From positions 608,001 to 672,000 of the forward strand of contig OZ219788.1 in assembly GCA_964291285.2 (NCBI GenBank): DNA of 64,000 nt, in the 5' to 3' direction. The DNA is from Alphaproteobacteria bacterium (GTDB lineage Bacteria > Pseudomonadota > Alphaproteobacteria > Bin95). A program made the position numbers and the translations under genes. The notes below the pieces were generated by a model. It searched no databases. It had not been told where the DNA came from and worked only from the letters and a program-made list of their open reading frames with translations. Below are positions 37,275 through 48,100 of this stretch, piece after piece (position 1 is the first letter of the stretch; each line of letters begins with the position of its first letter).

Positions 37275-38147
37275 TCAGTTGATCTGTTGGTCATCGGTTT
37301 CGATTGGTTCGCCGGCTCGGTCGCGGATGAGCATGTCGTTCCAGTCCCGGTTGTCGAGTGCGGGTCGCAGCCGGACGATTCTGGTGTCGTTGCGGGCGAG
37401 GCGCCTTGCGGCGTGATCGCCGTTTGTGGTGGCGTCGTATGCACAGAAGATGAGGCGCGGGTTCCATGCCTCGATCCATTTGGGGACTTTGGTGGCGACG
37501 GCGCCGGTGGAGACGGTGGCGCATTCGGTGCGTTTTACCGGGCCGAGGTGGAGGGAGAGGATGGAGAGTGCGTCGAGGGCGTTGCCGGCCAGGATGACGG
37601 CGTGTGGCCATTCGGTCTCCCAGGACATCCAGAAGCCGCCGCCCGCGGTCGTTTTGCGGTCAGCGGTGACGGTTTCGATGCCGGTAGCCTCGCCGGCGGC
37701 GTTTCGGCGGACGAACACGGGGTTGCCGTGAGGGTCGGCATGGACCAGGCCGAGGTCGCGGCACAGGGTGACGAGCGCGTCCGCGAGGCCGCGCCGCTCG
37801 ACGAGGTATCGCCGGAGGTTGGGCCAGCGGGGGTCCTTGGCCGGCGCCTGCCGGCGGCCGCCTGGGGGCATTGAGAGGTCGGACAGTTCGGCGAGGAAGT
37901 CGATGGCGTCCGGCGGGGTGCATCCGAGCGCATGGACCGCCAGTTCGATAGCCCCGGCTCCCTCCTCTGCGCGCAGATGGTCGTAGAACATGAAGCGGTT
38001 GATGGAGAGGACCGATCCTGGCCGTCTCCAGCGCACGGCATTGTCGGGATCGCTGCGGTAGCCGAGGGCTCGGGCGACGGGTTCGAGGGGATAGCCCCGC
38101 AGGCTCTCGGCCCGCACCCGCCGCTCGCGGGGGCGGGAGGGATGCAT
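37275..38147 (-). CDS. DUF3991/toprim-like protein (primase-like, degenerate acidic motifs)
   Basis: GAGAIELAVH, YLVERRGL, NALDALS, CAYDA, RLRP..DWNDML; starts 3 nt after the istB stop. Confidence 0.72.
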   Translation of the reverse strand: MHPSRPRERRVRAESLRGYPLEPVARALGYRSDPDNAVRWRRPGSVLSINRFMFYDHLRAEEGAGAIELAVHALGCTPPDAIDFLAELSDLSMPPGGRRQAPAKDPRWPNLRRYLVERRGLADALVTLCRDLGLVHADPHGNPVFVRRNAAGEATGIETVTADRKTTAGGGFWMSWETEWPHAVILAGNALDALSILSLHLGPVKRTECATVSTGAVATKVPKWIEAWNPRLIFCAYDATTNGDHAARRLARNDTRIVRLRPALDNRDWNDMLIRDRAGEPIETDDQQIN

Positions 38148-38149
38148 GG

Positions 38150-38944
38150 CTATGGCGACGGGACCGGGTTCGCCTTTCCAGTGCTTTGCCCGGCTTTCGG
38201 TCCGCGCCGGCGGCGGCGTTCGGCGCTGCGCTGCTTCTGACGTTCCTCGGCTTCCTTGCGGCGCCAGGAGTCGCCGTCGATGGCGACGATCTCGGCGTTG
38301 TGGACGAGCCGGTCGACGAGGGCGACCAGGCAGGCGGCGTTTGGGAAGGCCTCGCTCCACTCGGCGAAGGGGCGGTTCGTGGTGATTATGGTTGAGTTCT
38401 GCTGGCTGCGGCTTGAGACGATGTTGAACAGCAGGTCGGCGTGGCGGTTGGAGTAGGAGAGATATCCGACTTCGTCGATGACCAGCAGGTGCTGTCGGGC
38501 GTAGAAGCGCAGCCTGCGCTGGAGCAGGGTGTCGGAGTCGATGGCGGCGAGTTCGCCGAGCAGGCTGGCGGCGGTTGCGAAGCGCACGATGTGGCCTTCG
38601 AGGACGGCGCGGTGGGCGATATTGGCGGCGATGGTGGACTTTCCGACGCCGTTGGGTCCGACCAGTACGAGGTTTGCGGCCTCCTTGAGGAAGTCGAGGG
38701 TCATGAGGTCCTCGACGGCCATGCGGTCGCAGCGCCTTGGCCAGTCCCAGTCGAAGTCTGCGAGCGGCTTGAACTGTCCGAGGCGGGCGTCGGCGAGGCG
38801 GCGTTTGAGGCTTCGGGCGCGCTTCTCATCTTCTTCCCACGCGATCAGGGAGGCGAGCCAGTCGCGCTCCGCGACTTCGCCCCAATGGGCGAGGAGGCCG
38901 TGCAGGCCCAGCGCGCGGGCGCGGTTCATGAGGGTGTCGGTCAT
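38150..38944 (-). CDS. istB: IS21 helper ATPase IstB
   Basis: FDWDW, Walker A GPNGVGKS, Walker B LVIDEVGY, TTNRPFAEW, DRLVH. Confidence 0.95.
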   Translation of the reverse strand: MTDTLMNRARALGLHGLLAHWGEVAERDWLASLIAWEEDEKRARSLKRRLADARLGQFKPLADFDWDWPRRCDRMAVEDLMTLDFLKEAANLVLVGPNGVGKSTIAANIAHRAVLEGHIVRFATAASLLGELAAIDSDTLLQRRLRFYARQHLLVIDEVGYLSYSNRHADLLFNIVSSRSQQNSTIITTNRPFAEWSEAFPNAACLVALVDRLVHNAEIVAIDGDSWRRKEAEERQKQRSAERRRRRGPKAGQSTGKANPVPSP

Positions 38945-40446
38945 TCTTCGCTGTCCTTTTCATGGTAGCCGGCCAGCCCGTCGTATCCGCCGAGATCGTG
39001 ATCGCGCACGGCGATGTCGCGCACGCGCGGGTCCCTGGGCAGGTCGATGGGGATCGGCGGCGGCCTGTCCTGCAGTTCGCGCCGCCGTGTGAGGCTGAGG
39101 CGCACGGCATTGGGATGGGGGACGCCGCGTTCGAGGGCCTCGTCGATGGCGGCTTCGAGCTCGGCGGCGCCGTATTGGTCGAGCAGGCGCAGCAGGGCGG
39201 CGACGGTGGCGCCGATATAAGCGCCGCGGGGGGCGGCCTCGGCGATCAGGCGCTCGCTGTTGGGCGCGGCCTGGAGCAGCCGGCTCTGCCCGCGCAGGCT
39301 GCGGGCGTGACGCTTGCGCCTGACCAGCTCCTCAATGTGTTCGGGGTTCTCGATGCGGGCCGCCTTGTCGAAGCTGCGCGGATGGCGGGCGATGACCTCC
39401 ATGCCGTCGAGGATGCGCACCTCTTCCAGCGTCGCGGCCACGGTGAGGGTGCGCCGGACATGGGTATGCGGGACGCTGTAGTCATTGAGGTCGAACCTGG
39501 CATAGGGGGTCTTGGCGATCCTGACCTCGACCCTCTCGTCGACGGGGGGACGGTCGTCGGGCAGCGCCATCAGGGAGCCGCGCTCGCGCTCGAAGGCCTC
39601 GCTCACGGTGAGGGAGCGGTCGTCCGGCCAGGGGCGGTCGGCGGCGACGCCCTCGCACCACTCCCGGGCCTGGGCGTTGAGATCGTCGAGGTCACGCCAG
39701 GCGCGGGCGGCGAAGAAGCTGTCGCGCACATAGCGTATGGCCCGCTCGACGCGGCCCTTCTCGTTGCCTCGGGCGACCGCGACCGGCTTCGGCAGGAAGC
39801 GGTAGGCGCCTGCGAAGTCGAGAAGCCGGGGATTGAAGCGGATGGCGTCGCCGCGCCGCTCCAGCACGACGCTCTTCAGATTGTCGTACCAGAGCTCGCG
39901 GGGCACGCCCTGCCAAGCCTCGAAGGCCTCGACATGGCCGCGCAGGAAGTTGTCCATCCCGGCGTTGAGGTAGAAGCGCAGGAAGAGGCGGCGCGAGTGG
40001 CCGAGCACCATCACGAAGGCCATCAGCGGGCGCTCCGCACGCCCGATCCTCACCTTGCCGAAGTGGGCCCAGTCGACCTGGGCCTGCTCGCCGGGCAGGG
40101 CCTTGAGGCGCAGATAGGCCTCGGCCACCGGCCGCGGACGCCCGGGCGCGATCATGCGCCGGAAGTGGCTCTCGCACCCCCGGTAACCGCGCTCGACCGC
40201 CATCCGGTAGAGCCGGCTGGAGGGCAACTTCGGCCAGACCGCCAGGGTCTGGCGGACGAAGGGCAGGAACGGATCGATCATCGAAGATCTGCGCCGCTTC
40301 TCAGGCGTGGGCGCCCCGGCGGCCGCCACCGCGCGCTCGACCGTGCCGTGGTGGACGCCGAGCTGGCGCGCGATCGTGCCGATCCGCCACTTCTCGGCAA
40401 AATACAGCCGCAGGATCTCGGCCCGGGTCTGCTGGTCGATCGCCAT
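38941..40446 (-). CDS. istA: IS21 transposase IstA
   Basis: N-terminal HTH, PGEQAQVDW, YDNLKSVV, KGRVER, NDYSVP. Confidence 0.95.
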   Translation of the reverse strand: MAIDQQTRAEILRLYFAEKWRIGTIARQLGVHHGTVERAVAAAGAPTPEKRRRSSMIDPFLPFVRQTLAVWPKLPSSRLYRMAVERGYRGCESHFRRMIAPGRPRPVAEAYLRLKALPGEQAQVDWAHFGKVRIGRAERPLMAFVMVLGHSRRLFLRFYLNAGMDNFLRGHVEAFEAWQGVPRELWYDNLKSVVLERRGDAIRFNPRLLDFAGAYRFLPKPVAVARGNEKGRVERAIRYVRDSFFAARAWRDLDDLNAQAREWCEGVAADRPWPDDRSLTVSEAFERERGSLMALPDDRPPVDERVEVRIAKTPYARFDLNDYSVPHTHVRRTLTVAATLEEVRILDGMEVIARHPRSFDKAARIENPEHIEELVRRKRHARSLRGQSRLLQAAPNSERLIAEAAPRGAYIGATVAALLRLLDQYGAAELEAAIDEALERGVPHPNAVRLSLTRRRELQDRPPPIPIDLPRDPRVRDIAVRDHDLGGYDGLAGYHEKDSEE

Positions 40447-40447
40447 C

Positions 40448-40882
40448 TCACTCCCTTCGCGCCGGGCGCAGGCCCGGATAGACCGCCCGGGCGCAGAACC
40501 GCCCGCAGTGATCGCAGCGGAACACTCCGGCGGGACGGTCGGGTCCGAAGGGCCTCCTTCCCGAGCGCCCCGCCGGCATGCCCGCCACAACAGGACGGCG
40601 CGGTGAACGGGTCAAAGGGTGATGCGTCACTTTCTGCGCACGGCGCCCCTCCTCAGGCGCACGGACGCGACGGCGCTCGCGGTAGCGCCGCTGGCGTTCG
40701 GCATGCTTGTGACGGCCCCGCCGGCTGTTCTGGTAGCGACGCCCGGCAAGGCGCAGCGAGCGCCGCCGCGCCCGGCCGCTGCACGGACGCGAGCAGTAGA
40801 TGTTGCCGTGGTCGCACCGCCGGCACAGCACAACCTGGCGATGGCACGAAGCGCAGGTGAACAGGCGGGCGGCGTTCCTCAT
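40448..40882 (-). CDS. Cys-rich Zn-finger-like protein upstream of istA
   Basis: CASC, CRRC, YCSRPC, an Arg-rich helix and CDHC; stop 1 nt before the istA start. Confidence 0.72.
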   Translation of the reverse strand: MRNAARLFTCASCHRQVVLCRRCDHGNIYCSRPCSGRARRRSLRLAGRRYQNSRRGRHKHAERQRRYRERRRVRAPEEGRRAQKVTHHPLTRSPRRPVVAGMPAGRSGRRPFGPDRPAGVFRCDHCGRFCARAVYPGLRPARRE

Positions 40883-41411
40883 CGCAAAGACCGATGAGAA
40901 CGGGGTGGACCCACGCCCGAACGCCTACGATACTGCGCATACGGGCCGTGCCTTGCATGGCTCGGGGGGTGCGGCGCCGGTCGTTGCCACCTAGCAAACG
41001 GGGCCGGCGCCGCATCGTTCTCAGCAGCCCCAGTCTACCCCCTCGCGCAGCCCGGCGACCCCCGCCGACAGCGCCAGGACACCCTCCCCTCGGCAGGCGA
41101 AAATATCAACGCGACGGGGGCCGGCGACTCCAGTCGGGCTACGCCCTCCTTCCGTCCCAGGCCCCCGTCACAAACACCGCCGCACCACAATCACTGCGAT
41201 CATCACGCCCCGCAAAAACGCGCAACGCCAGCAAATAAGCGCCTTTTACGACCGTCACCTACACAGGGCGATCTTCCGCACCACTCGCCGACTTTCCGCA
41301 CCACTCCGCCCAGGAGCTTCTACGCCCGGGTGCTTCTGCTGCGCGCGCGTGCCCCGACAGGACATCACAACGGGGATCGGCCCCGAACGTGAAAACCGAA
41401 AGGAAAACGAC

Positions 41412-42338
41412 ATGACCTTCCATACCGACGCCACCGAAACCGCAGCGCAGTCCGCAACCGCGATCGTCTGCGACAACGCCGCTCTCTTCGGCGCAACCCC
41501 CGAGCGCGACGAGTTCGACACCCGCGAGATCTGGGACCAGGACGAGGCCATCACCGCCGTCGCCGAAGCCTTCCGCATCCTCAGCCGGGGCGTCGCGCCC
41601 GATGGCTACCAGATGGCAGACGAACGCGAACACCTCCTCTGGGGCTTCGTCAACATGCTCCACGCCCAGACGCAGCGCCTCGACCGCAGCGTCGACAGGC
41701 TCACCCCCGAACTCCAGGACCTCCAGCGCACCCAGGACGGCTCCGAGATCAGGTCACTGGAACTGGAACTCACGACCGACCGCGCACAGTGCCTCACCGC
41801 ACGCCGCGACGCCTTCGAGACTCTCCGCGACGAGGCCGTCGAAGCCTACCGCGCAGACACCGGCGATACTTGGCGGCCCCGGCGCGGCAGCCACGCCAGC
41901 CAAACCGGACATCTGACCTCCGCTGCCATCGACGCCCGCGACTTCGTCCGCGCCCGAAAGGACCGCAAGACACAGGCCCACCTGCCCCAGGGAACCCTCG
42001 TCGCCATCGCAGGCGGCAAGGACATCGCAAACCCGGCGGCCGTCATCGAGCGCCTCGACAAGGTCCGCGCCAGGTATGCCGACCTCGTCCTCGTCCATGG
42101 CGGCGGCCTCGGCGTCAAGAAGATCGCCGCCAGCTGGGCCGAGCGCAACGGCGTCCACCAGGTCGTCTGCAAGCCCGACTGGGACCGCCACGGTCGCGCC
42201 GCCCCCTTCCGCCGCAACGACGAACTGCTCAACCTCCTGCCCAGGGGCGTCATCGCCTTCCCCGGCTCCGGCATCACCGAAAACCTCGTCGACAAGGCGA
42301 AGCAGCTCGGCATCCCGGTCATGCGCTGCCCCGCCTGA
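41412..42338 (+). CDS. DUF2493 / YspA-like SLOG protein
   Basis: LLWGFVNMLH, LVHGG, WAERNGV, PDWDRHGRAAPFRRND, FPGSGITENL. Confidence 0.88.
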   Translation: MTFHTDATETAAQSATAIVCDNAALFGATPERDEFDTREIWDQDEAITAVAEAFRILSRGVAPDGYQMADEREHLLWGFVNMLHAQTQRLDRSVDRLTPELQDLQRTQDGSEIRSLELELTTDRAQCLTARRDAFETLRDEAVEAYRADTGDTWRPRRGSHASQTGHLTSAAIDARDFVRARKDRKTQAHLPQGTLVAIAGGKDIANPAAVIERLDKVRARYADLVLVHGGGLGVKKIAASWAERNGVHQVVCKPDWDRHGRAAPFRRNDELLNLLPRGVIAFPGSGITENLVDKAKQLGIPVMRCPA

Positions 42339-43557
42339 CACGCAGCACCCACGGGCCGCGTCGTCTCCGCTCCGGCGGCGGCGCGGTCCGTCTCCGTATG
42401 CGCACACCCGTCGCGCTGCGCCGCCGACACCTCGCGCGCGCTTCGCGCCGCGTTCGTGCGGCGCCTGCCCCGGACTGCGGTCCGGGGCTGCCGCGTCACG
42501 CGCCGCTGCACCATGCTCCGCATGGGTGCATCGCGGGCTGCGCCGGGCCCGGCGCAGGGCCGCCGGCACTGCTGACCCGCCCACTGCCGGCGCTGCTGCC
42601 GGACCGGCACGACACCGTGCTTCGCACCGCTGCCCGCAGTCGTGCAGGCGCCGCCGTCGGCGCTTCCGATCGCAACGGCTATCGCAACCGTCACCGCACC
42701 CGCGCGGCTGACGCCGCGGTAACGGGTGCGCCATCACCGTCTGCGTCTGCGGTAATGTGTGAGCAGCACGCGATCACCCTGAACAGCCCCGCTTTCGTCC
42801 AGCACGCCTGTATCGCGGTAACATGTGCGCGGCGTCCTTCGGCTCCGCGGAACATGTGCGGCGGCGCCCGTGCCGCCGAGGTAACGCCGCCGGCTCCGGT
42901 GCGCCATGTGTGAAGACTGCCCTCCGCCGTTTGCACTCCGCGCCGCGTTCTGTTACCTCTGCGACCGAACGACAACGCGGAACGCGCCCGAAGATCGCGG
43001 ACCGGTCGTCTCGCTCAATCGCCGCGACGGCTCCCGTCCCTTGTGACGCCGGCGTTTCAGGCGATGGTGGTGTGCAGGGCAACCTCGCCCGATCTCGACT
43101 CCGTTCGGAGTTTTACCGTCACACCCGACGCATCCTTGATGCAGGCGTTGCCATGGCTGCCCGTGTCCGCTGCTGGCTGCCCATGCCGCGGGCGGGCGCA
43201 GGACTGTCCGCTCCTGTCACGCCGGGAAAGGTCGCACCGGATTGGTAGCTCCCGTGTTTGCCGCAAACACATGCGCGATATCAGGAGGTTGGGCGCCGCC
43301 TCGCCGGACTCCACCGGACATGGAGGCCCCTTCCGCCCCCGCTGGATATGGACTTGCTCCTGCGAAACTACCAGTCTGGTATCGCCCTCGCATACGCTGC
43401 ACCATGACAGCTACCGGTCCGGTAGCTGTCCGAAGGCCGCGTTCGCCCGCGAGTTCGGTCCGCCACGCCGGACGACCGGGGCGGCGCGGCTCCGGGGATC
43501 TGAAAGAACCGGAACCGGAACTCTCCCGAATCCATACGCAAGAACGGGCAAAACCGC

Positions 43558-43908
43558 ATGGCATCGTCACTCCAGAAGAACATCCGGGTCACCGCAGACC
43601 AATGGAAGCGTATCGAAACGGCGGCAAGGGAGCGGCAGGTTTCGCCCAATCGGCTCGTCGTCGAGCTCGCCATCGAAGCCCTCGACCGGCGCGAATGGCC
43701 CGATACCGAGGCCGAAATCAAGGTGGCCAGGGCCTCGCTGTTCGCCGCCCAGGCCATCGCCCGGGACCTCATCGCCGACGGGCGCCAAGCCGAAGTCGAG
43801 GAAATCCGGGAGTTCATCTCGACGATCGTGCCGGACCCCGATGCGGAGCGCCCTGCCGATGGCGTTCTCACAGCTCCGTCCACGCTTGCGGACCATGACA
43901 CCGGGTGA
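43558..43908 (+). CDS. ribbon-helix-helix-like protein (possible relaxosome accessory factor)
   Basis: KNIRVT beta strand followed by helices WKRIETAA..SPNRLVVEL. Confidence 0.55.
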   Translation: MASSLQKNIRVTADQWKRIETAARERQVSPNRLVVELAIEALDRREWPDTEAEIKVARASLFAAQAIARDLIADGRQAEVEEIREFISTIVPDPDAERPADGVLTAPSTLADHDTG

Positions 43909-44089
43909 GTCTCCGCGCCGCGGCGCTGCCCGATCGCGCCACCTTATCGCCCGGGTCTGGACCGCAGCGTCCCCGTTCCGGCCACTTCGTTCGTGGTCTC
44001 CAGCGTCGGCAACATCCCGATTGCCGCCCGGAACGACCCGGGTGCACGCCGCCACGCGCCGGCTCCTGCGAATGCGGTCAGCCGGAACT

Positions 44090-44152
44090 GCCAAATCGTG
44101 GGTTCGAGCTCCTGAAGCTCAATGCGTACCCGCGCGATTCGTTCGCTCACCA
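44090..44152 (-). pseudogene. pRiA4b ORF-3-like N-terminal fragment
   Basis: VSERIARVRIELQELEPTIW resembles the family N-terminus; similarity is then lost. Confidence 0.45.
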
Positions 44153-44278
44153 CCCGGCTCCGTCGGCCTGCCCTCGGTCCTTGGGGGGCATAGGACCGCC
44201 GCCGCGCAACGTCAACTGGCACCGAAAATCTCGCATCCATCGTCGCAGACTTTCATGAAATGTCGGGACTTATGAGGG

Positions 44279-45010
44279 CTAATAGCGCTTGCAAATTTCA
44301 TCAAGTTGGGACTGGATGACGAGCTCCTGACCCCACTCTGGACTGATCAGACGTGCGATTTTCAGGGCACAGATCCCAACTTGGACAGTTTCCTTCAGGT
44401 GTACGTCCAGCTTTGGCCCAACACCGTGAAGATGAACATAGGTTACTTCGTACTGATTCCCTTTACTTGAGGAATGCTCTATCGCGGAGCTCAGAAATAC
44501 GCCCCGTTCATTTGGGTGAGCACCATAGTCTATCGTCATATCGTATAGCCTTTTATAGATATTGCCCAAGGTAGCATCTGCTGCGGCGAGAGTATCAGAG
44601 ACCTTGCGGTGGGTGAACTCGGCGCGCACGGCCTTGCGCGTATCAGTATCGTCATGGCGGTTCAACCATCGCTTATATCGCTCGTGGTTGCCGTTGACGA
44701 AATAGCCGTAAGCCGCCAGCTCGAGACAGACTCGCAGCAAGCTTTGCGACTCGAACAATTGACCTGCCAGAACCGCGCCTGTAGCAGACAAATGGGCGCT
44801 GTGCGCTCGGGACAGAAACGACATCGGTAGTAATGCTTCTTCGTTGGAGATATGGCCTGGCAGACTCCGGAACATATTGTCGATAGCGATAAGGTCTTCA
44901 AATTGCGAACGCTTGTTTGCAAATGTCGCAAATTGGTTGGTCCGGCAATCGTCGAGATATTGCGACACGGGGTCCTGTCCCCATCCGGGCGGTGAATGCT
45001 GAGTGATCAT
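44279..45010 (-). CDS. hypothetical protein, DUF5677/HEPN-like
   Basis: Helical; LLRVCLE and Y..LY....DYGAHPN motifs; low GC. Confidence 0.6.
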   Translation of the reverse strand: MITQHSPPGWGQDPVSQYLDDCRTNQFATFANKRSQFEDLIAIDNMFRSLPGHISNEEALLPMSFLSRAHSAHLSATGAVLAGQLFESQSLLRVCLELAAYGYFVNGNHERYKRWLNRHDDTDTRKAVRAEFTHRKVSDTLAAADATLGNIYKRLYDMTIDYGAHPNERGVFLSSAIEHSSSKGNQYEVTYVHLHGVGPKLDVHLKETVQVGICALKIARLISPEWGQELVIQSQLDEICKRY

Positions 45011-45193
45011 GATAAGTATTGTACACGCAATTCGTAGCTGCAACAGAGATTACGGAGAGCAGGGCTCGATCGCGGCTCGTGGCTGCCGGTATCGAAGAAC
45101 GCCGCGTCCTGAATGCCGACCGTCTCCACGGCGAGTGCACTCCCGCCGGATAGCGGAATCCCGGCTTTGCTGCGCGCAGGCATTGCGTTCGGT

Positions 45194-48100
45194 TCACCCG
45201 TTCGGCTTTTCGGCCCCGCTCAAGCGCAGGCCGGGGTTGGCGCTTTTCAGGATATCGTTGATGGATGCCGCCGTTTCGGCGTGCAGTTCGCCACCGTCCC
45301 CCAGCGTCATGCGAAGATGGAACCGCAAGGGGACGCCAGCGGCGGCAGTGATGACTTCCGGCAGCGCTTCGACCAGATCCTGCAACTCGTTGGGCGCAAG
45401 ATCGGCAGAGCCGATGTGCAGGCCCTTGCGAACCGACGCGGGTTCGCTGCCGCCGTCCTCGAAGCCGGCGGGTTCGGGTTCCTGCAGCATGACGGTTGCC
45501 GCACCTGCGGCCGGGCACGGCCAGGCGCCGCTTTCGGGCGCCAGGGCGAGCCACCGTCCGTCGAGCGCGTCGTTGATCGCCCGGCGCAGGATCGCCCAGG
45601 GCAGCGGTGCGCCGGCCTGCACCGAGAGCGCAGCGGAAAGGGCCAGGGCGCTGGCCTGTCCGTCTTTCCATGCCTCCGGCACCGAATCCTTCGTCAACCG
45701 GTTCACTGATAGCGGCGGCAAAGGCGCGCGCAGTTCGGCGGTGTCCGACAGGATGCCGGGCGGCAGCGTTTCGTCCTGGAAGCTTGCGGGGCCGTTCACG
45801 AGCCACAGCACACCCTGGCGGACGGCTTCCGCGACGGCTGCTTCGACGGCGGCGCGGGGACAGGCCGGAATACCGACCGGTTCCGCATAGCCCTCCCGCT
45901 GCACAGTTACCATCCGCCCGCCGGCGAAGTAGGCGGCGAGGTCCGCCACCGCGACGGAGGCGCCAGTCCACAGTTCCGGCAGCACATCCGGTGCCAGCGC
46001 CTGCGGGTCGAGTTCCGACAGCGTGGCCCTGTCGGGCAGGAACAGCTCCAATGCCGGATCCGACCGGGCCTGCTCGTCGACCGGCGTCCGCCACCAGGTT
46101 CTGACCGATCCGTCGGGCCTGACCAGCGACGCAACGAAGACGCCGTCGCGCACACCCCGGTCGATCGTGCCGAGGATATCCCTTCGCCGGAGCATCTTCG
46201 GCAGTTTCGGATTCTCCGCGAAGGCGCCGGCAATATCCTTCACGCGGCGCGATACCTCGTCGGCGCGCCAGAGATCGTAGGGGCCGCCGGGCAGCATCGC
46301 TTCGGCGCTGATCGCGGTCTCCTGGATGCGCGCACGCCGGTCCGCCTTGACGACCGCAAACAGCGGTTCCGCGCCGATGGTTGTCTTGAACGCCTGGATG
46401 TCGTTGTGCTCGTTGACGGCGACGACCATGGCCCAGGCTTGGCGGATCGCATCGGGGATGCGCTTGCGCGCTTTCTCCGTCGAGGCGGCGAGCATCCCTT
46501 CACGTACCGGATCGCCGCCCTGGCCGTCGAGCTGGCGGCGCACCTCCTCCCAGCCGAGATATTCGCGGATGCTTGCCCGGGCGGCGTCCAGGCCGTCGCG
46601 CGAAGGTACCGCCAGAACCACGGCGTTGCGTCGGATTCGCGGCCGGTCCGGCCCCGTCGTCTCGTCGATGAAGCGCCGCGCTTGCGCGCTCGGCCGGCCC
46701 GAATCGGAAACCGCGTCCGGCCCCAGGACGGCGAAATGGAACTCTCCGTCGTCGCCGATGTCGCGCGGCCGCTCCGGCAGCATGTGCACCCTTGCGCCTG
46801 CCGCCGCCGCACCCTGGGTGAGGCTCTTCGCCCGCCGCACCTCCTCCAGCAGCGCCTGTTCCACCTGCTCCGCCGCGACCCGGTTGGCGCAGGCGTCGTC
46901 ATGCATCTGCCTGAGGTTGGGCCTGTTGCCGAGACGCCACGCCCGGGGCAGCGTCGCGGCGTCGGCGAACTCCGCCTCGTCGAGGAACCAGGAGAGTTCG
47001 GTCCAGCGGCGCAGGCCCTTCTCGACATCGATCCGGTCCGGGCCTGCCGCGCCGACAAGAGCCATCAACTCCGGCGTATGCGCCTTCTGGCCGATAGGCT
47101 GCGAACTCAGGAACACGGCGCACACCGCCTGCTCCATTTCGCGGAACTTCAGCGCCGGGTGGTCGTCCTGCACGGCCCGCGCCTTCGCAAGCTCGCCCTC
47201 CAGCACAGCGCTCCACACATTGCCGGCGCCCTCCGTGACCTCGCGCGTGGCGGTGCCGGCAAGCTCGCGCGCCGCCTCGGAGAGAGCGTTTTCGCCGGGT
47301 GCGGGCAAAAGGACATTGGGGCCGACCAGCGGCGCCCTGTCCCACTTCTCGGCGTCGCGCAGCGCGATGGCGAAGGTCCTCAGGATGCCGCGCGTACGCT
47401 GGAACCCGTCCAGCTGGGTCCACTTGGCATAGAAAATATCGGTCAGCCCTGGATGGAAGGGGTAGCTGTCGAGGAAACGCTGTTCCTCGCCCGCCCTGTT
47501 CTTGCCGACCGTTTCGTCGACCCCGGCGATATTGGCGACCGCCGCCGTGACATGGGGGCGGAAGGCGTCGGGATCGGCGATCGAACCGGACTCGAAGAAG
47601 CGCCGGCGCAGCACTTCGGCCACATCCTCCTTCTGCACCGGCTGGATCCCCTCTTCGCGCTGCCGGTTGAAAATGTCGAAAATCTGCCGGGTCAGCTGCT
47701 TGCCGAGCGCGTCGCTCTTCGCGGGATCGGAGGCGAGCAGCGAGGCGACGAGGGCGCAGCGGTCCACCCTGACCGCCGCCTGGCACAGATACTGGAAGAA
47801 GTCGGTCAGCCGCGCATGCCAGCCCTCCTCCATCGCCGCCTTCTCGCGGGCATACATCAGCACTTCGTCGATCAGCACCAGGGTGGCGAGCCCGCTTGCC
47901 TGCGGCCGCGACAGCAGCTCGGCGAGCAGCGGCTCGGCAGGCGCCGTTTCCCGCTCCTCGTTCGCGCCGTCGGGATGAAGCGCGCGCAGGCCCTCCTCGC
48001 CCGCCAGCTGAAACGCCAGCACGCTCCAGGGATGCTTGAGCCAGCGCAGCCCGCTGCCGGGGCCGCGCACCTCCATGCCTTTTTCCACATCGAGCTTGTC

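Larger units (their letters stand above)
37215..41263 (-). mobile_element. IS21-family element carrying four genes
   Basis: Imperfect terminal inverted repeats TGTTAGCGACGGT..GCGCCTATTCGCTG and (reverse complement) TGTAGGTGACGGT..GCGCTTATTTGCTG; no matching target duplication. Confidence 0.82.

Noticed and set aside
41264-41275. CAGGGCGA beside the IS21 end as a second ISAs1 terminus
   Set aside because: Only 8 nt match, with no partner end or transposase.
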